DNA of 64,000 bases from Haliotis rubra. Its lineage: Eukaryota. This document shows positions 39,371-59,494 of the stretch, in pieces (position 1 is the stretch's first letter; each line of letters opens with the position of its first letter). The position numbers and the translations under genes were made by a program. The stretch spans positions 620,001 to 684,000 of the forward strand of contig NW_025766936.1 of NCBI RefSeq assembly GCF_003918875.1, given 5' to 3'. The notes under the pieces are model-generated. The model made no database searches. It had not been told where the DNA came from and saw only the letters and a program-made list of their open reading frames with translations.

Positions 39371-40609
39371 TCAGTAAGTTGCTATCTTAAGATAACCGAT
39401 TATTACTGTCATGATGAAAAGCATGAAAAAAAAAAGAAAGACAATCCTGTCAGCCATTCTGCTGACCTGCATCCATGTAATTGATGAGGGTTCCGATGTT
39501 TCCTTTGACATTCTTTCCTGAGTCGAGGTCTCCTGGGTTCCCACAGGAGGAGTGCCACAGAAGCATCTCTCCCAGGATCGTGTCATACGTCCCATCCACG
39601 TGGGAACAGGCCTGATGGCGGCGTCGCGATGGAACACGTGCATGATCCAGATGGTCAGGAACACATATGTTGAACTCATAATAAACAGACTAACATTTAA
39701 GATAGTAAACACAGGTATACTGTCAGCGTTCTGTGGCAGCAGTCCAGTGACGAAGGATAGTGATACAGTGAAAGACAGTAACACCGTGATGGCAAAGGAC
39801 AGCTTCTCGCCAGACTCGACAGGAATGAGGAATACCACCATATTCACTAATCCCAGGACCAGGACAGGCAGGAGAGTTGTCAGTATCACTAATGTCGACT
39901 TTCTCTTCAGTGTAATATTGAAGTTTACAAGTGAAAATGATATGCCCATGTTTTCAAGCACAAGTCTTTCAGCAGATGAGTTAACTATATTCCACTGGCT
40001 GTTGGAGTTAAATAAATTTAATCCTATGGAGTTATTAATCGGTTTTAAATCAAGTTCATTCTGAGCATAACCCCAGTCTAACGTGATGTAAGAACACTCC
40101 TGTTTGTCCAATGGGTAGTTGGTAACATCCATTTTGCAAAAAGTCTTGAATGTATCTCCTGGCAACCAAGTCACAACTCCATTGGCTGTCACTTTCATGA
40201 TCCCAAAGTCCAATCCCAGAGGATCAACACTGTCCACCTGGTTGCGAATTGTGATGTAAGGTCTCCAAACCTTCCCATAATCAGGACGAATTTCACTGAC
40301 TCCTCCATACTCACTGGCGTTCCAGGTTAGAAACTCATCTTTCCAGGTCACAAAGAAAAAGCCGTTAGCTGTCACAGTCTGAGTAACTTCATCGAAGTCG
40401 GACATGCTGAGAAGGTAAAGTTGTAATGAGACCGTGATAGTGTCACTGCTGTTCTTGACTGGTCTGACCAGTGGGTTGTTGTTTTTGAAGATGTCAGTGT
40501 ATAGCTGATGTATATGATGGTCATCTTGACCCTTGACGGCCAACAGTATGAACAGCAGACACAAACAAGGAAGTGTCAAGTTCAGGGGGCCCTCTTTTGC
40601 CAAGTACAT
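39371..40609 (-). CDS. Intronless nAChR-like Cys-loop channel subunit (copy 4)
   Basis: 412 aa with signal peptide, CKMDVTNYPLDKQEC, GEKLSFAITVLLS and M4. No loop-C CC. Confidence 0.93.
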   Translation of the reverse strand: MYLAKEGPLNLTLPCLCLLFILLAVKGQDDHHIHQLYTDIFKNNNPLVRPVKNSSDTITVSLQLYLLSMSDFDEVTQTVTANGFFFVTWKDEFLTWNASEYGGVSEIRPDYGKVWRPYITIRNQVDSVDPLGLDFGIMKVTANGVVTWLPGDTFKTFCKMDVTNYPLDKQECSYITLDWGYAQNELDLKPINNSIGLNLFNSNSQWNIVNSSAERLVLENMGISFSLVNFNITLKRKSTLVILTTLLPVLVLGLVNMVVFLIPVESGEKLSFAITVLLSFTVSLSFVTGLLPQNADSIPVFTILNVSLFIMSSTYVFLTIWIMHVFHRDAAIRPVPTWMGRMTRSWERCFCGTPPVGTQETSTQERMSKETSEPSSITWMQVSRMADRIVFLFFFMLFIMTVIIGYLKIATY

Positions 40610-41184
40610 TCCAACTGTTCACAGCATATACATACCAACCTGGATGATATTAGTACGAATGATGAATAATAAGAGAACTTGTGTATATAACATGGCTCCC
40701 ATATCTTCATAAATAATGAACAAAACTAAATACTCTTTGGATAATGGAAGGGTCTTTTGTGTACGAATTACTGTTACAAATCCTTTATGTTAGCCATATA
40801 TTCAATGGCAATAACCATGACAAACATCAGAGAACAATCTTTGATCTTTGTGCGAATGCACCCGTGAGACCAATTTCCTAACAGGACAGTCAGTCGCTCA
40901 TCAGTATTCCTAAATTGTTCCATTAAAGGACAACTGCAGTTAATAGCATGACGCACTGTGCACAGTGATCATCTCACAAGTGGGTTAATGGACGAGTTTC
41001 TACTGACATGTACATGATCAAATTAATGCGATGACCATTGATTCAAGGTGGTTAGGTATCGTTTCATATTGTGGGATGGGTGGGGAAAACTGAGTATTAT
41101 TTACCTGGATATGCCTGGATATCCTGATACTGCCCCTTTCAGAGGCAGAGACCGAAACAACATCACCAAACTGTTGTAGGGTTG

Positions 41185-41848
41185 TGTGTTGGCGTGGTTT
41201 GAGGTGGCTTTGTGTTGGTGTGGTTTGAGGTGGCTTTGTGTTGGCGTGGTTTGAGGTGGCCTAGAGTTGGTGTGCTTTGAAGTGGCTTTGTGTTGGCGTG
41301 GTTTGGAGGGGCTTTGTGTTGGCGTGGTTTGAGGTGGTCTAGAGTAGGCGTGGTTTGAAGTTGCTTTGTGTTGGCGTGGTTTTAGGGGGCTTTGCGTTGG
41401 CGTGGTTTGAGGTGGCTTTGTGTTGGCGTGGTTTGAGGTTGCTTTGTGTTGGCGTGGTTTGAGGTTGTTTTGTGCTGGCGTGGTTGGAGGTGGCTTTGTG
41501 TTGGTGTGGTTGGAAGTGGCTTTGTGTTGGTGTGGTTTGAAATGGCTTTGTGTTGGCTGGTATGAGGGGGCTTTGTGTTGGTGTGGTTGGAGGTGGCTTT
41601 GTGTTGGCTGGTATGAGGTGGCTTTGTGTTGGTGTGGTTGGAGGTGGCTTTGTGTTGGTGTGGTTGGAGGTGGCTTTGTGTTGGCTGGTTTGAAATGGCT
41701 TCGTGTAGGCTAGTATGAGGGGGCTTTGTGTTGGTGTGGTTGGAGGTGGCTTTGTGTTGGTGTGGTTTGAGGTGGCTTTCTGTTGGTGTGGTAGGAGGTG
41801 GCTTTGTGTTGGCGTGGTTTGAGGTGGCTTTGTGTTGGTGTGGTTTGG
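41185..41848. repeat. 26-bp G/T-rich minisatellite (about 25 copies)
   Basis: Unit GTGTTGGCGTGGTTTGAGGTGGCTTT with variants. Confidence 0.93.
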
Positions 41849-42675
41849 CCACGAAGCTCAATAATCCAACAGTTAAGGTAGTGATGCTTACTGTAGGAAC
41901 AACTACAAAGTTCCACATAAGACTGTTCACTTTCCGCACACATTAATGTTAACGTTTCGTTGTTTTCCTGTAGTCTTGTCCCCTCATCCTTTAGGACTGC
42001 CAACAAATATAAATGCTTGAATAACTTGCTTGAATATGAATAAACAAGCTGTTGCATATCATCCAGGTGTACAAGAAAATATTCTTTCGCCTATTGAATA
42101 TATATTCTTCTCGTCATATTATCAAAACAGATAAGTCCCATGTTTGTTGAGAGCATATATTTATTCAGTTAATTTTGAAATCCACAACAGAAAGACCTGT
42201 CTTCAGGTTTTAAAGTCAGAATTCGATAGTACCGATATATGGTTTTGAGAATACTTCATAAGCCTTATACGTGGCACTATTTGATACCAAGTTCTTTGAT
42301 CATACAGTGTTTGAGACCTGGACACCATGGGTTGAGTCCAGTCCTCTGATCCTTGATGTTTGGATAACGGCAAGGGAAGAGCGCACCAGATGAGATTAAC
42401 GTTTTGTTCTTGGGCACAAACCTTGGCTTGAGACGATATTCAGCCCTACACCTACACCTAGTCACATTATTCTAACCCAACAACAAACAAAACGAAAGTA
42501 AACACACAAACCTCTGCTCTATTACATATGCTTTCGGTTTTTCTGCGAACTCACATAGATTTAACACAAAGGTATTATTACTCGTGTCACTATATTTCAC
42601 TATACTTTACACTTTCACTTGACGGGTACCGTTAATCAAGACCATATGACCTACGTGTGCGTCTATGCCATTATG

Positions 42676-43908
42676 TCAAAATAATATCTTGAACACAGCG
42701 ACAGCCATCATTGATACGGTGAGGATAAGAAATGTCCAGAAGAAAAACCTGTCCATGGCCTCACTCACTCTTTTCCAATTCATCTCACGTCCACGCATAG
42801 ACTTGTCAATGTCCCGACTAGAAGATCTGTCCGACCCAGCCTGACTGTCAGTCGCGTGTATTCTGATACTCTCACAACAACCCTTCTGGCCACCCGCTAA
42901 TCTACTCACCCAGAGAGGGACGGGCCGCCTGCTTGAGTCTCTGTGGAATACCTTAATAATCCAGATCGTCAGCAGTACATAGAGAGAGCTCATGAGGAAC
43001 AGCCCCGCCATGAGCAGGGTGAACACTGACAGGCTGTCAGCGCTTTGGGGCAGCATGTTGGTGATAAACGACATGAACACAGCAAACGACAGCAGCACGG
43101 TGATGGTGAAGGACAGCTTCTCCCCGGACTCCACCGGGATGAGGAACACTAAGATGTTGAGGATGGAGAGAAGCAGCACGGGCATCACCACGGTCAGGAT
43201 CTTCATTGACGGCCTCCTTGTCAGCTGGAGAGAGAAGGTTAGATGGGGGATCTCATGGTATAACACCTGTTTTGTGTGCCGAGTGGCCGAGGTGTTGGTG
43301 ATGCCCCATTCACTGTTCACGTTATAAATGTCGAGACCGATGGAGTTGTTGACTGGCAAGAGATCAATGGTGCTGATGGTGTCAGCCCAAACAAACACAT
43401 TGAAGGAACATGTCTGAACATCGAAGGGGAACTTGGTAACATCCATTTTACAAGTAGTCTTGAATGTGTCTCCGGGATACCAGGTGAGAGTTCCACTGAA
43501 GTAGAGAACTAAGAGGCCGAAATCCAAGCCCAAAGGTTTCATCTTGTCCACTGTATTCTGCACCGCTATGCTCGGCTTCCACACTCGTTCAAATGCTGGC
43601 CTCATGCTCAACAAGCCGCTGTACAGAGCCGGGTTCCAGGTCAGGATTTCGTCTCTCCATGTCACCGTCATGTAGCCGGTGGAAGCCAGAACCTCGGAGA
43701 CTTCATCAAATTCTGTAATTGCCACAAGGTTAAAGGTCACATAGACTTGGAGAACATGTGTTGTGTTACGAACAGGGCGGATGTTGGGGTTGTTGTGCTG
43801 GATGATGTCACTGTACAGCTGTTGGTGAAGGGTGTAGTCGTCAACACAGACACCGACGTCGACGATTGCCAGAAGAGTTACAACCAAATATATCCTGTCT
43901 TCTAGCAT
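42676..43908 (-). CDS. Intronless nAChR-like Cys-loop channel subunit (copy 5, most divergent)
   Basis: Probable ATG at 43908 (MLEDRIYLVVTLLAIV). CKMDVTKFPFDVQTC, GEKLSFTITVLLSFAVFM and WKRVSEAMDR. No loop-C CC. Confidence 0.92.
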   Translation of the reverse strand: MLEDRIYLVVTLLAIVDVGVCVDDYTLHQQLYSDIIQHNNPNIRPVRNTTHVLQVYVTFNLVAITEFDEVSEVLASTGYMTVTWRDEILTWNPALYSGLLSMRPAFERVWKPSIAVQNTVDKMKPLGLDFGLLVLYFSGTLTWYPGDTFKTTCKMDVTKFPFDVQTCSFNVFVWADTISTIDLLPVNNSIGLDIYNVNSEWGITNTSATRHTKQVLYHEIPHLTFSLQLTRRPSMKILTVVMPVLLLSILNILVFLIPVESGEKLSFTITVLLSFAVFMSFITNMLPQSADSLSVFTLLMAGLFLMSSLYVLLTIWIIKVFHRDSSRRPVPLWVSRLAGGQKGCCESIRIHATDSQAGSDRSSSRDIDKSMRGREMNWKRVSEAMDRFFFWTFLILTVSMMAVAVFKILF

Positions 43909-46900
43909 GATGTTCACAAGGCCAGCTCAACCACGTAGGTCATCTCTATAGCAGTGTCAGAAGAAGTGTGTAACTTTAGCCATGGTGTGTAACGTCGCCC
44001 ACAGATGTCTGTGCCTGCTGCTTGTGGCTATGTCTGTACTCAAATGATCTGCTTGAAATTCCTGTTCCTCAAGTTCCAATGTTTGAAATGTTACAATTGA
44101 TTTTGCTTCATCCAGAGGGGGTTCGATGACAGATCGTTTGTATTAATCAGTTAGTTCCGTATCAGCACTTTTAACACGACATGTCAGAGGCCCCTCAGCG
44201 CTGCTTCAATCCATCGATGGTGTGTATTTAGCCCAAATGCATTTCGATTTCCAATTATTGATTGGGTATAAGATATTACTGTGTCATTCTGTGGCAAAGA
44301 AAAGAATTATTGGGTGGTAAGAAAATCAACACATGGCAGATCCACATGTTGTCAATAATCTGAAGACTGTCAACACAAGGCAGTAATGTGACTATATAAC
44401 ACCTGGATACTCTCCTGTAAGTGATATCCACCCTACGCGGAACGTTGCATTGCCAACTGAAGAATTACGCCCTGACTGTTCTTTGATTCTATGTGACACA
44501 GCTCTTGTTTATCAGAGTGGGGGGATTGTCCCCGGCTGTTAGCGTCTCCAGGAAATCAAACACCGCTCTGTTAATAGACAACTACAACAAGGCATATTTG
44601 TTCCTGAGAATGTTATTACTGGCAATACACATTCATTGTCATTTTACCATACAGCTTATAAAAGTGTTTCTCACACAATCAATTTTGAAAGAAATATCGA
44701 ATGTGTTTCAAACAACCAAATACTAGTAAATAAATAAACCCCTCCCTACTCGCAACCGCCAGTGTCCTATTTTCTATCAATATTTAGAATGCATAATGTT
44801 TTGATTACATAATGCATAATTTATTGCATAATATAGATTATGCAATACATTAATGAGTGTGTGGAACACTTTTTCAATGGATGAGAAGCGTTGGCACAAG
44901 CATTGTACCTTATGCGACTAGATGGTGTGGTTCGATCCCTCTATTTCTGTCTTGCTTGTGGTTTTCTGTTCATTTTGACGCTGATTTGCCTGGAACTATT
45001 TAGGGAAAATATGGCAGATGTTTAGACGTCGGTAACGACATGCCACGCCTGCATCACAAGTACTCAAAATGTTTGCCTCTCCATTGTTCATGGTGCTTTG
45101 GGTTTGGCACTTCCCAGGGAGAGTGGCAATGTTTGATGTCAGGAAAGCAGCCTTTCTGGCAGTCTCAACGATACAGAAGGTCGCAATGATTCTTTGAAAT
45201 GTTCGACGAGAGAGCCCTTCCAAAGTCCCATTCGCTGTTTGAGCTGCCTGTAAAGGGGACAAGGGCCCTGAGCTGATGATAAGCCGAGCCTGACTGTGCT
45301 TGGATCACCCGAACTGTCTTGTTATATTGTAATCTCTGTAATTACTATGTATTTACAACACAAGCACACTACACTAGGCCATCCCACATCCCTAGGGTTG
45401 GTGGGTAACGATGTAATGACCTGGGAGGCCAATAAAGTCTCAACCCTGTCTTGTTTGTGTTTATTATAGAATGAACATAGCCAGACGTGTCATCATAAAG
45501 TGTTCAGTAAGCATAAATCTTGGACAATATTTCGATTCGCTGGTATTATTTTCAAAACTGTAAAACCTTTTGAAAGATTCCTAGTGGCCTATGTTAATCA
45601 AGAGAACATTTCAAGTTTTAAAGGAAAAAGAGAACAGGTTTTGATCATCTTCTTGTTCAAATTGCAATATGACAAGCAAGAAATATGATCCTCGTCAAGA
45701 GTACCTGATAAGAGGACAAAGCTTCACGGGTAATCAATACCTTAAATGATACCACTTGAAGACAAATGAAGACCCATGGATACTTCCCACCTAGTCTTCG
45801 AAAATAAACCTTCTGCTGAAATAGGGTAAACAGCCATAGCGTCCCTGCCACTTGTAATGCAAACACGAAATATCGCGATAACTAACCAACGAGAATTATG
45901 CATGTTGAGTTATACTGTCAATGAGACAATAGCCAGTCCGCCGGCAAGGAATACTACTTGCAGTAAAAACATAAACAACAAAGTGTGCTTTACATAAAAT
46001 GTCCATTTTCTCAGTGATAAACCTGATGATGATGTGTATGCCTCACGTGGTTACAACCAGGGTAGGAATGGACAGTCCGGGTACTGCGAGCTGGTATGTT
46101 GAGCTTTTGCTGACTTTGTGTGCTGGCGATAAGGTGACTGGCTCTGATGAGACATAACCCCACAAAAGTACTAGAATCTGTACTTTAATGAGAAAAGGTA
46201 ATCCTATATATAACATAGGTTACATTTGATCACTTTCTGAATGGCATTAAGTATTCGTTGTCCTTGGTCAGTATCTGCACACGCTGCTAAATATAGCCGT
46301 CAGTAGTTTGCCGGAATGAGGGGGTTGTATTGTTCAGTATTGTCCTCCTGTGGGGGGAACGTAAGTCCCAATATATTCAAAGTACAGTCGCCAACACCAG
46401 AATGGATGATAACTCCAGCTAGGCTCCATGCAAATAGCAAAAGTACTTAAGTCCTCCTGGTCCCGAGCATGGCGATCTATATACCTTCAGTTGCTGGCGA
46501 TCTATACACCTTTTTGTTGTTTGTATTCTTTTATTGTATTGTATTGTAGTCATGTAAATATTCCTATCCTCACATGCTTGTTATAAATCTCTAATTGTGA
46601 TATTCTAGTCGTTTGAAGTCCTTTGACGCCAGATTTTATACTTTAACATGACGCATGTTAATGTATGACCCGTTTTAGTCTCGACATGGCCGAAATAGTG
46701 CGGATGTGACAATACATTTTAACTCACTCACTCTGTCGGTGCTAAACATTTCAGTAATGATGTCTGTCGTTCAGAAAATAATCCAAATATTTCTAAAAAA
46801 AAGCGCACTTTACAACATTTGTCATCAATGTAAGTTATACTTTACTCCCTTTCCTCCGGAATAGATTGTTTCACATAAACAGTATTAACACCGGTGCCTC

Positions 46901-47011
46901 TGTCCATGTCAGTTATTATTAGCTATATTTGGTGATTCTATTTACAGCGGCCGGGACTATACGATCGCCTTACACAACGAGCCGCAGTGGCAGCTGGACA
47001 TCCGCCGGTCG

Positions 47012-56530
<9,519 letters not shown>

Positions 56531-57351
56531 CTAGAAATGTGAGACGATATGTCAGTATAGTGGTCGGCACTCTTCTCTGCACCGCCCTGTGTATAAGACA
56601 GTGTTCTTACAAGAACTACCGTAGTTCAGTAAACTTAGGATGTATGACCCGCTCAGTATCTGTCAACGAGTTTTACAGCCCCAATGACATTGTTGTCTAT
56701 CAACACACCATACCACCTGTAGGCTCACAGAGTCGCCCAGTACAAGACGGTGTCTGTCCTGTACTGTTTTAACACTAGCCCACAATGCTTACCGAAATGA
56801 ATTCCATGGCGACATGTATGGGTAGCAGGCGTGATTGTGTGAGACATAGGTATACATATGCATTGTCACGTACCCAGCAAGAAGCCTGTAGACCACGTGG
56901 TCAGCTGACTCAGGAGTAGTAAAGTTAATATGTCCATCAGAGTCGGCTTCAGGTGACTGACACTGTGTTATGTTGGAACGCCGTGATAAGAGATAGGGAG
57001 ATACACTTCTAGGTCAGGAGTGGCGTCCTTATCACCAGACGCCCATAACTGTAACCAGGATGCCGGAAGTTTGGCTGATTGTCAGCAGATGTTTGGTTCT
57101 CACTGGCATGACTGAAACCTGTACAGACCTGGGGGTATAACACGCGAGATTTAGTATTCCTAATATATATATTCACCCAGTCCGGCCAATATCTCATTTT
57201 TCTACAGATTTTTTGCATTTTTTTAATCATATAATCCCCGGTCCCTGCACTCTCAAACTCAAATTATCAATACAAAATGTTCGTCAGTCATGGTTCTTAT
57301 GTCCAACATTATACACGTAAACTATCAACGTGTAAACTATCGGACAATATA

Positions 57352-58375
57352 TGCTCAGTATGTCGACCTGTAGTATATCAGACACTGTATGCTCAGTATG
57401 TCGACCTGTAGTATATCAGACACTGTATGCCTAGTCAGTATGTCGACCCGTAGTCTATCAGACACTGTAAGTCTGAGGTGTGACACTGTCTGCTCAGTAT
57501 GTCGACCTGTAGTATATCATACACTGTAAGTCTGAGGTGTGACACTGTCTGCTCAGTATGTCGACCTGTTGTATATCAGACACCTGTTGTATATCAGAAG
57601 TCTTAGGTGTGACACTGTCTGCTCAGTATGTCGACCTGTAGTATATCAGACACTGTAAGTCTTAGGTGTGACACTGTCTGCTCAGTATGTCGACCTGTTG
57701 TATATCAGACACTGTAAGTCTTAGGTGTGACACTGTCTGCTCAGTATGTCGACCTGTAGTATATCAGACACTGTAAGTCTTAGGTGTGAAACTGTATGTT
57801 CAGTATGTCGATGCGTAGTATATCAGACACTGTAAGTCTTAGGTGTGACACTGTCTGCTCAGTATGTCGACGCGTAGTATATAAGACACTGTAAGTCTTA
57901 GGTGTGACACTGTCTGCTCAGTATGTCGACCTGTTGTATATCAGACACTGTAGGTCCTAGGTGTGACACTGTCTGCTCAGTATGTCGACCTGTAGTATAT
58001 CAGGTGCGGACACTGTAGTATCCTAGGTGTGACACTCCTAGGTGTGCTCAGTATGCTCGACCTGTCGACCTGTTGTATATCAGACACTGTAAGTCTTAGG
58101 TGTGACACTGTCTGCTCAGTATGTCGACCTGTTGTATATCAGACACTGTAAGTCTTAGGTGTGACACTGTCTGCTCAGTATGTCGACCTGTTGTATATCA
58201 GACACTGTAAGTCTTAGGTGTGACACTGTCTGCTCAGTATGTCGACCTGTAGTATATCAGACACTGTAAGTCTTAGGTGTGACACTGTCTGCTCAGTATG
58301 TCGACCTGTTGTATATCAGACACTGTACGTCTTAGGTGTGACACTGTATGTTCAGTATGTCGACCCGTAGTATAT
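57352..58375. repeat. 59-bp minisatellite (about 17 copies)
   Basis: Unit CAGTATGTCGACCTGTAGTATATCAGACACTGTAAGTCTTAGGTGTGACACTGTCTGCT. Confidence 0.93.
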
Positions 58376-59494
58376 GTGTATGTGCATGCAGACCTGTACA
58401 TCTGTGCCACACTAGAAGCAGACCATGTCTAACTGTAAATCTTTCCTAAACTATATATTCAGTATGTCGACCTGACATGTCCAGGTGACCTGACCGACAC
58501 TGTATGGTAAGCATGTCGACTTCATATGCAATGATATCCACAGCTTTACTGAGCACTGCATGTTCATGATCGACCCACTCATGACGGGACATCGTATTCA
58601 GGATGAATGACATGACGTCCAACGGAACTGGTAGCAGACCTAAATACACATCTGCAGAAATTCTGCAGTGAGGTTGTATAGGCCAGAATCTAACACACAG
58701 GGGGATACTGATGCGAAGTAATAGATCAACATCAAGCATGTTTGCGTATGCGTTTGTGTTTATGTGTGCGTGTGTGCGTGTGTGTGTCTGTGTGTTTGTT
58801 GGTTAATGCCACGCTCATCGATATTCCGTCTGTTTGGATCAATTTCCTCAGACATTAGAGGTGTCTGAGATATTCTGGTTTGAATGAAATTTATGTCTGG
58901 CTTAAATGAAATTTAGCTCCGGAAAAATGTCTAGCCTAGTCGTATTTACAGAGATGATTTCAATAAAATCATATAACGCACATGTCTAAGCCCGGCAGAC
59001 ATTGATATTGATTTTATACTTTAGACATGGTCCATTGGCATGAACACTTCTAACCCAGAATTCCCGCGGGTTGGCTGTTAAACATTCACTTTAGTATACG
59101 ACATATATCTGAACTAATGATGAGAATTGATCCTGGGGGATTCGGCTGCATCAACATCTGATGGACATATTGTGTAAAGTCAGGAGCCTAGGCCTATCTG
59201 TCATTGCAGCATGTAAACGAGTGGTTGAAAGCTGGAGCAACATGTGGTACCGCTGGTGCACAATGGTACACAATCAGTTGATAAGTCACTATTACTACTC
59301 AATTCTTGCGACAGCGTCTGATCGGAAATCCACAGATGTAGAAAATCAAGAACATTCAAGTCAAGCGGACCCCTTTTATTAAACTAATGAATTCGTATAG
59401 ATAAGAGGCGGATCGGGGATACTGACAAAGGAGAGGCACTCAGTGGATCCGCTCTGTACAGTGTTATGAAGGGCTTTCAATCCTACTGAATTCT

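Noticed and set aside
44990-45440. Possible R2/NeSL-type endonuclease relic (IVHGALG) followed by AATAAA
   Set aside because: Only one short motif; cannot be supported without a profile search.
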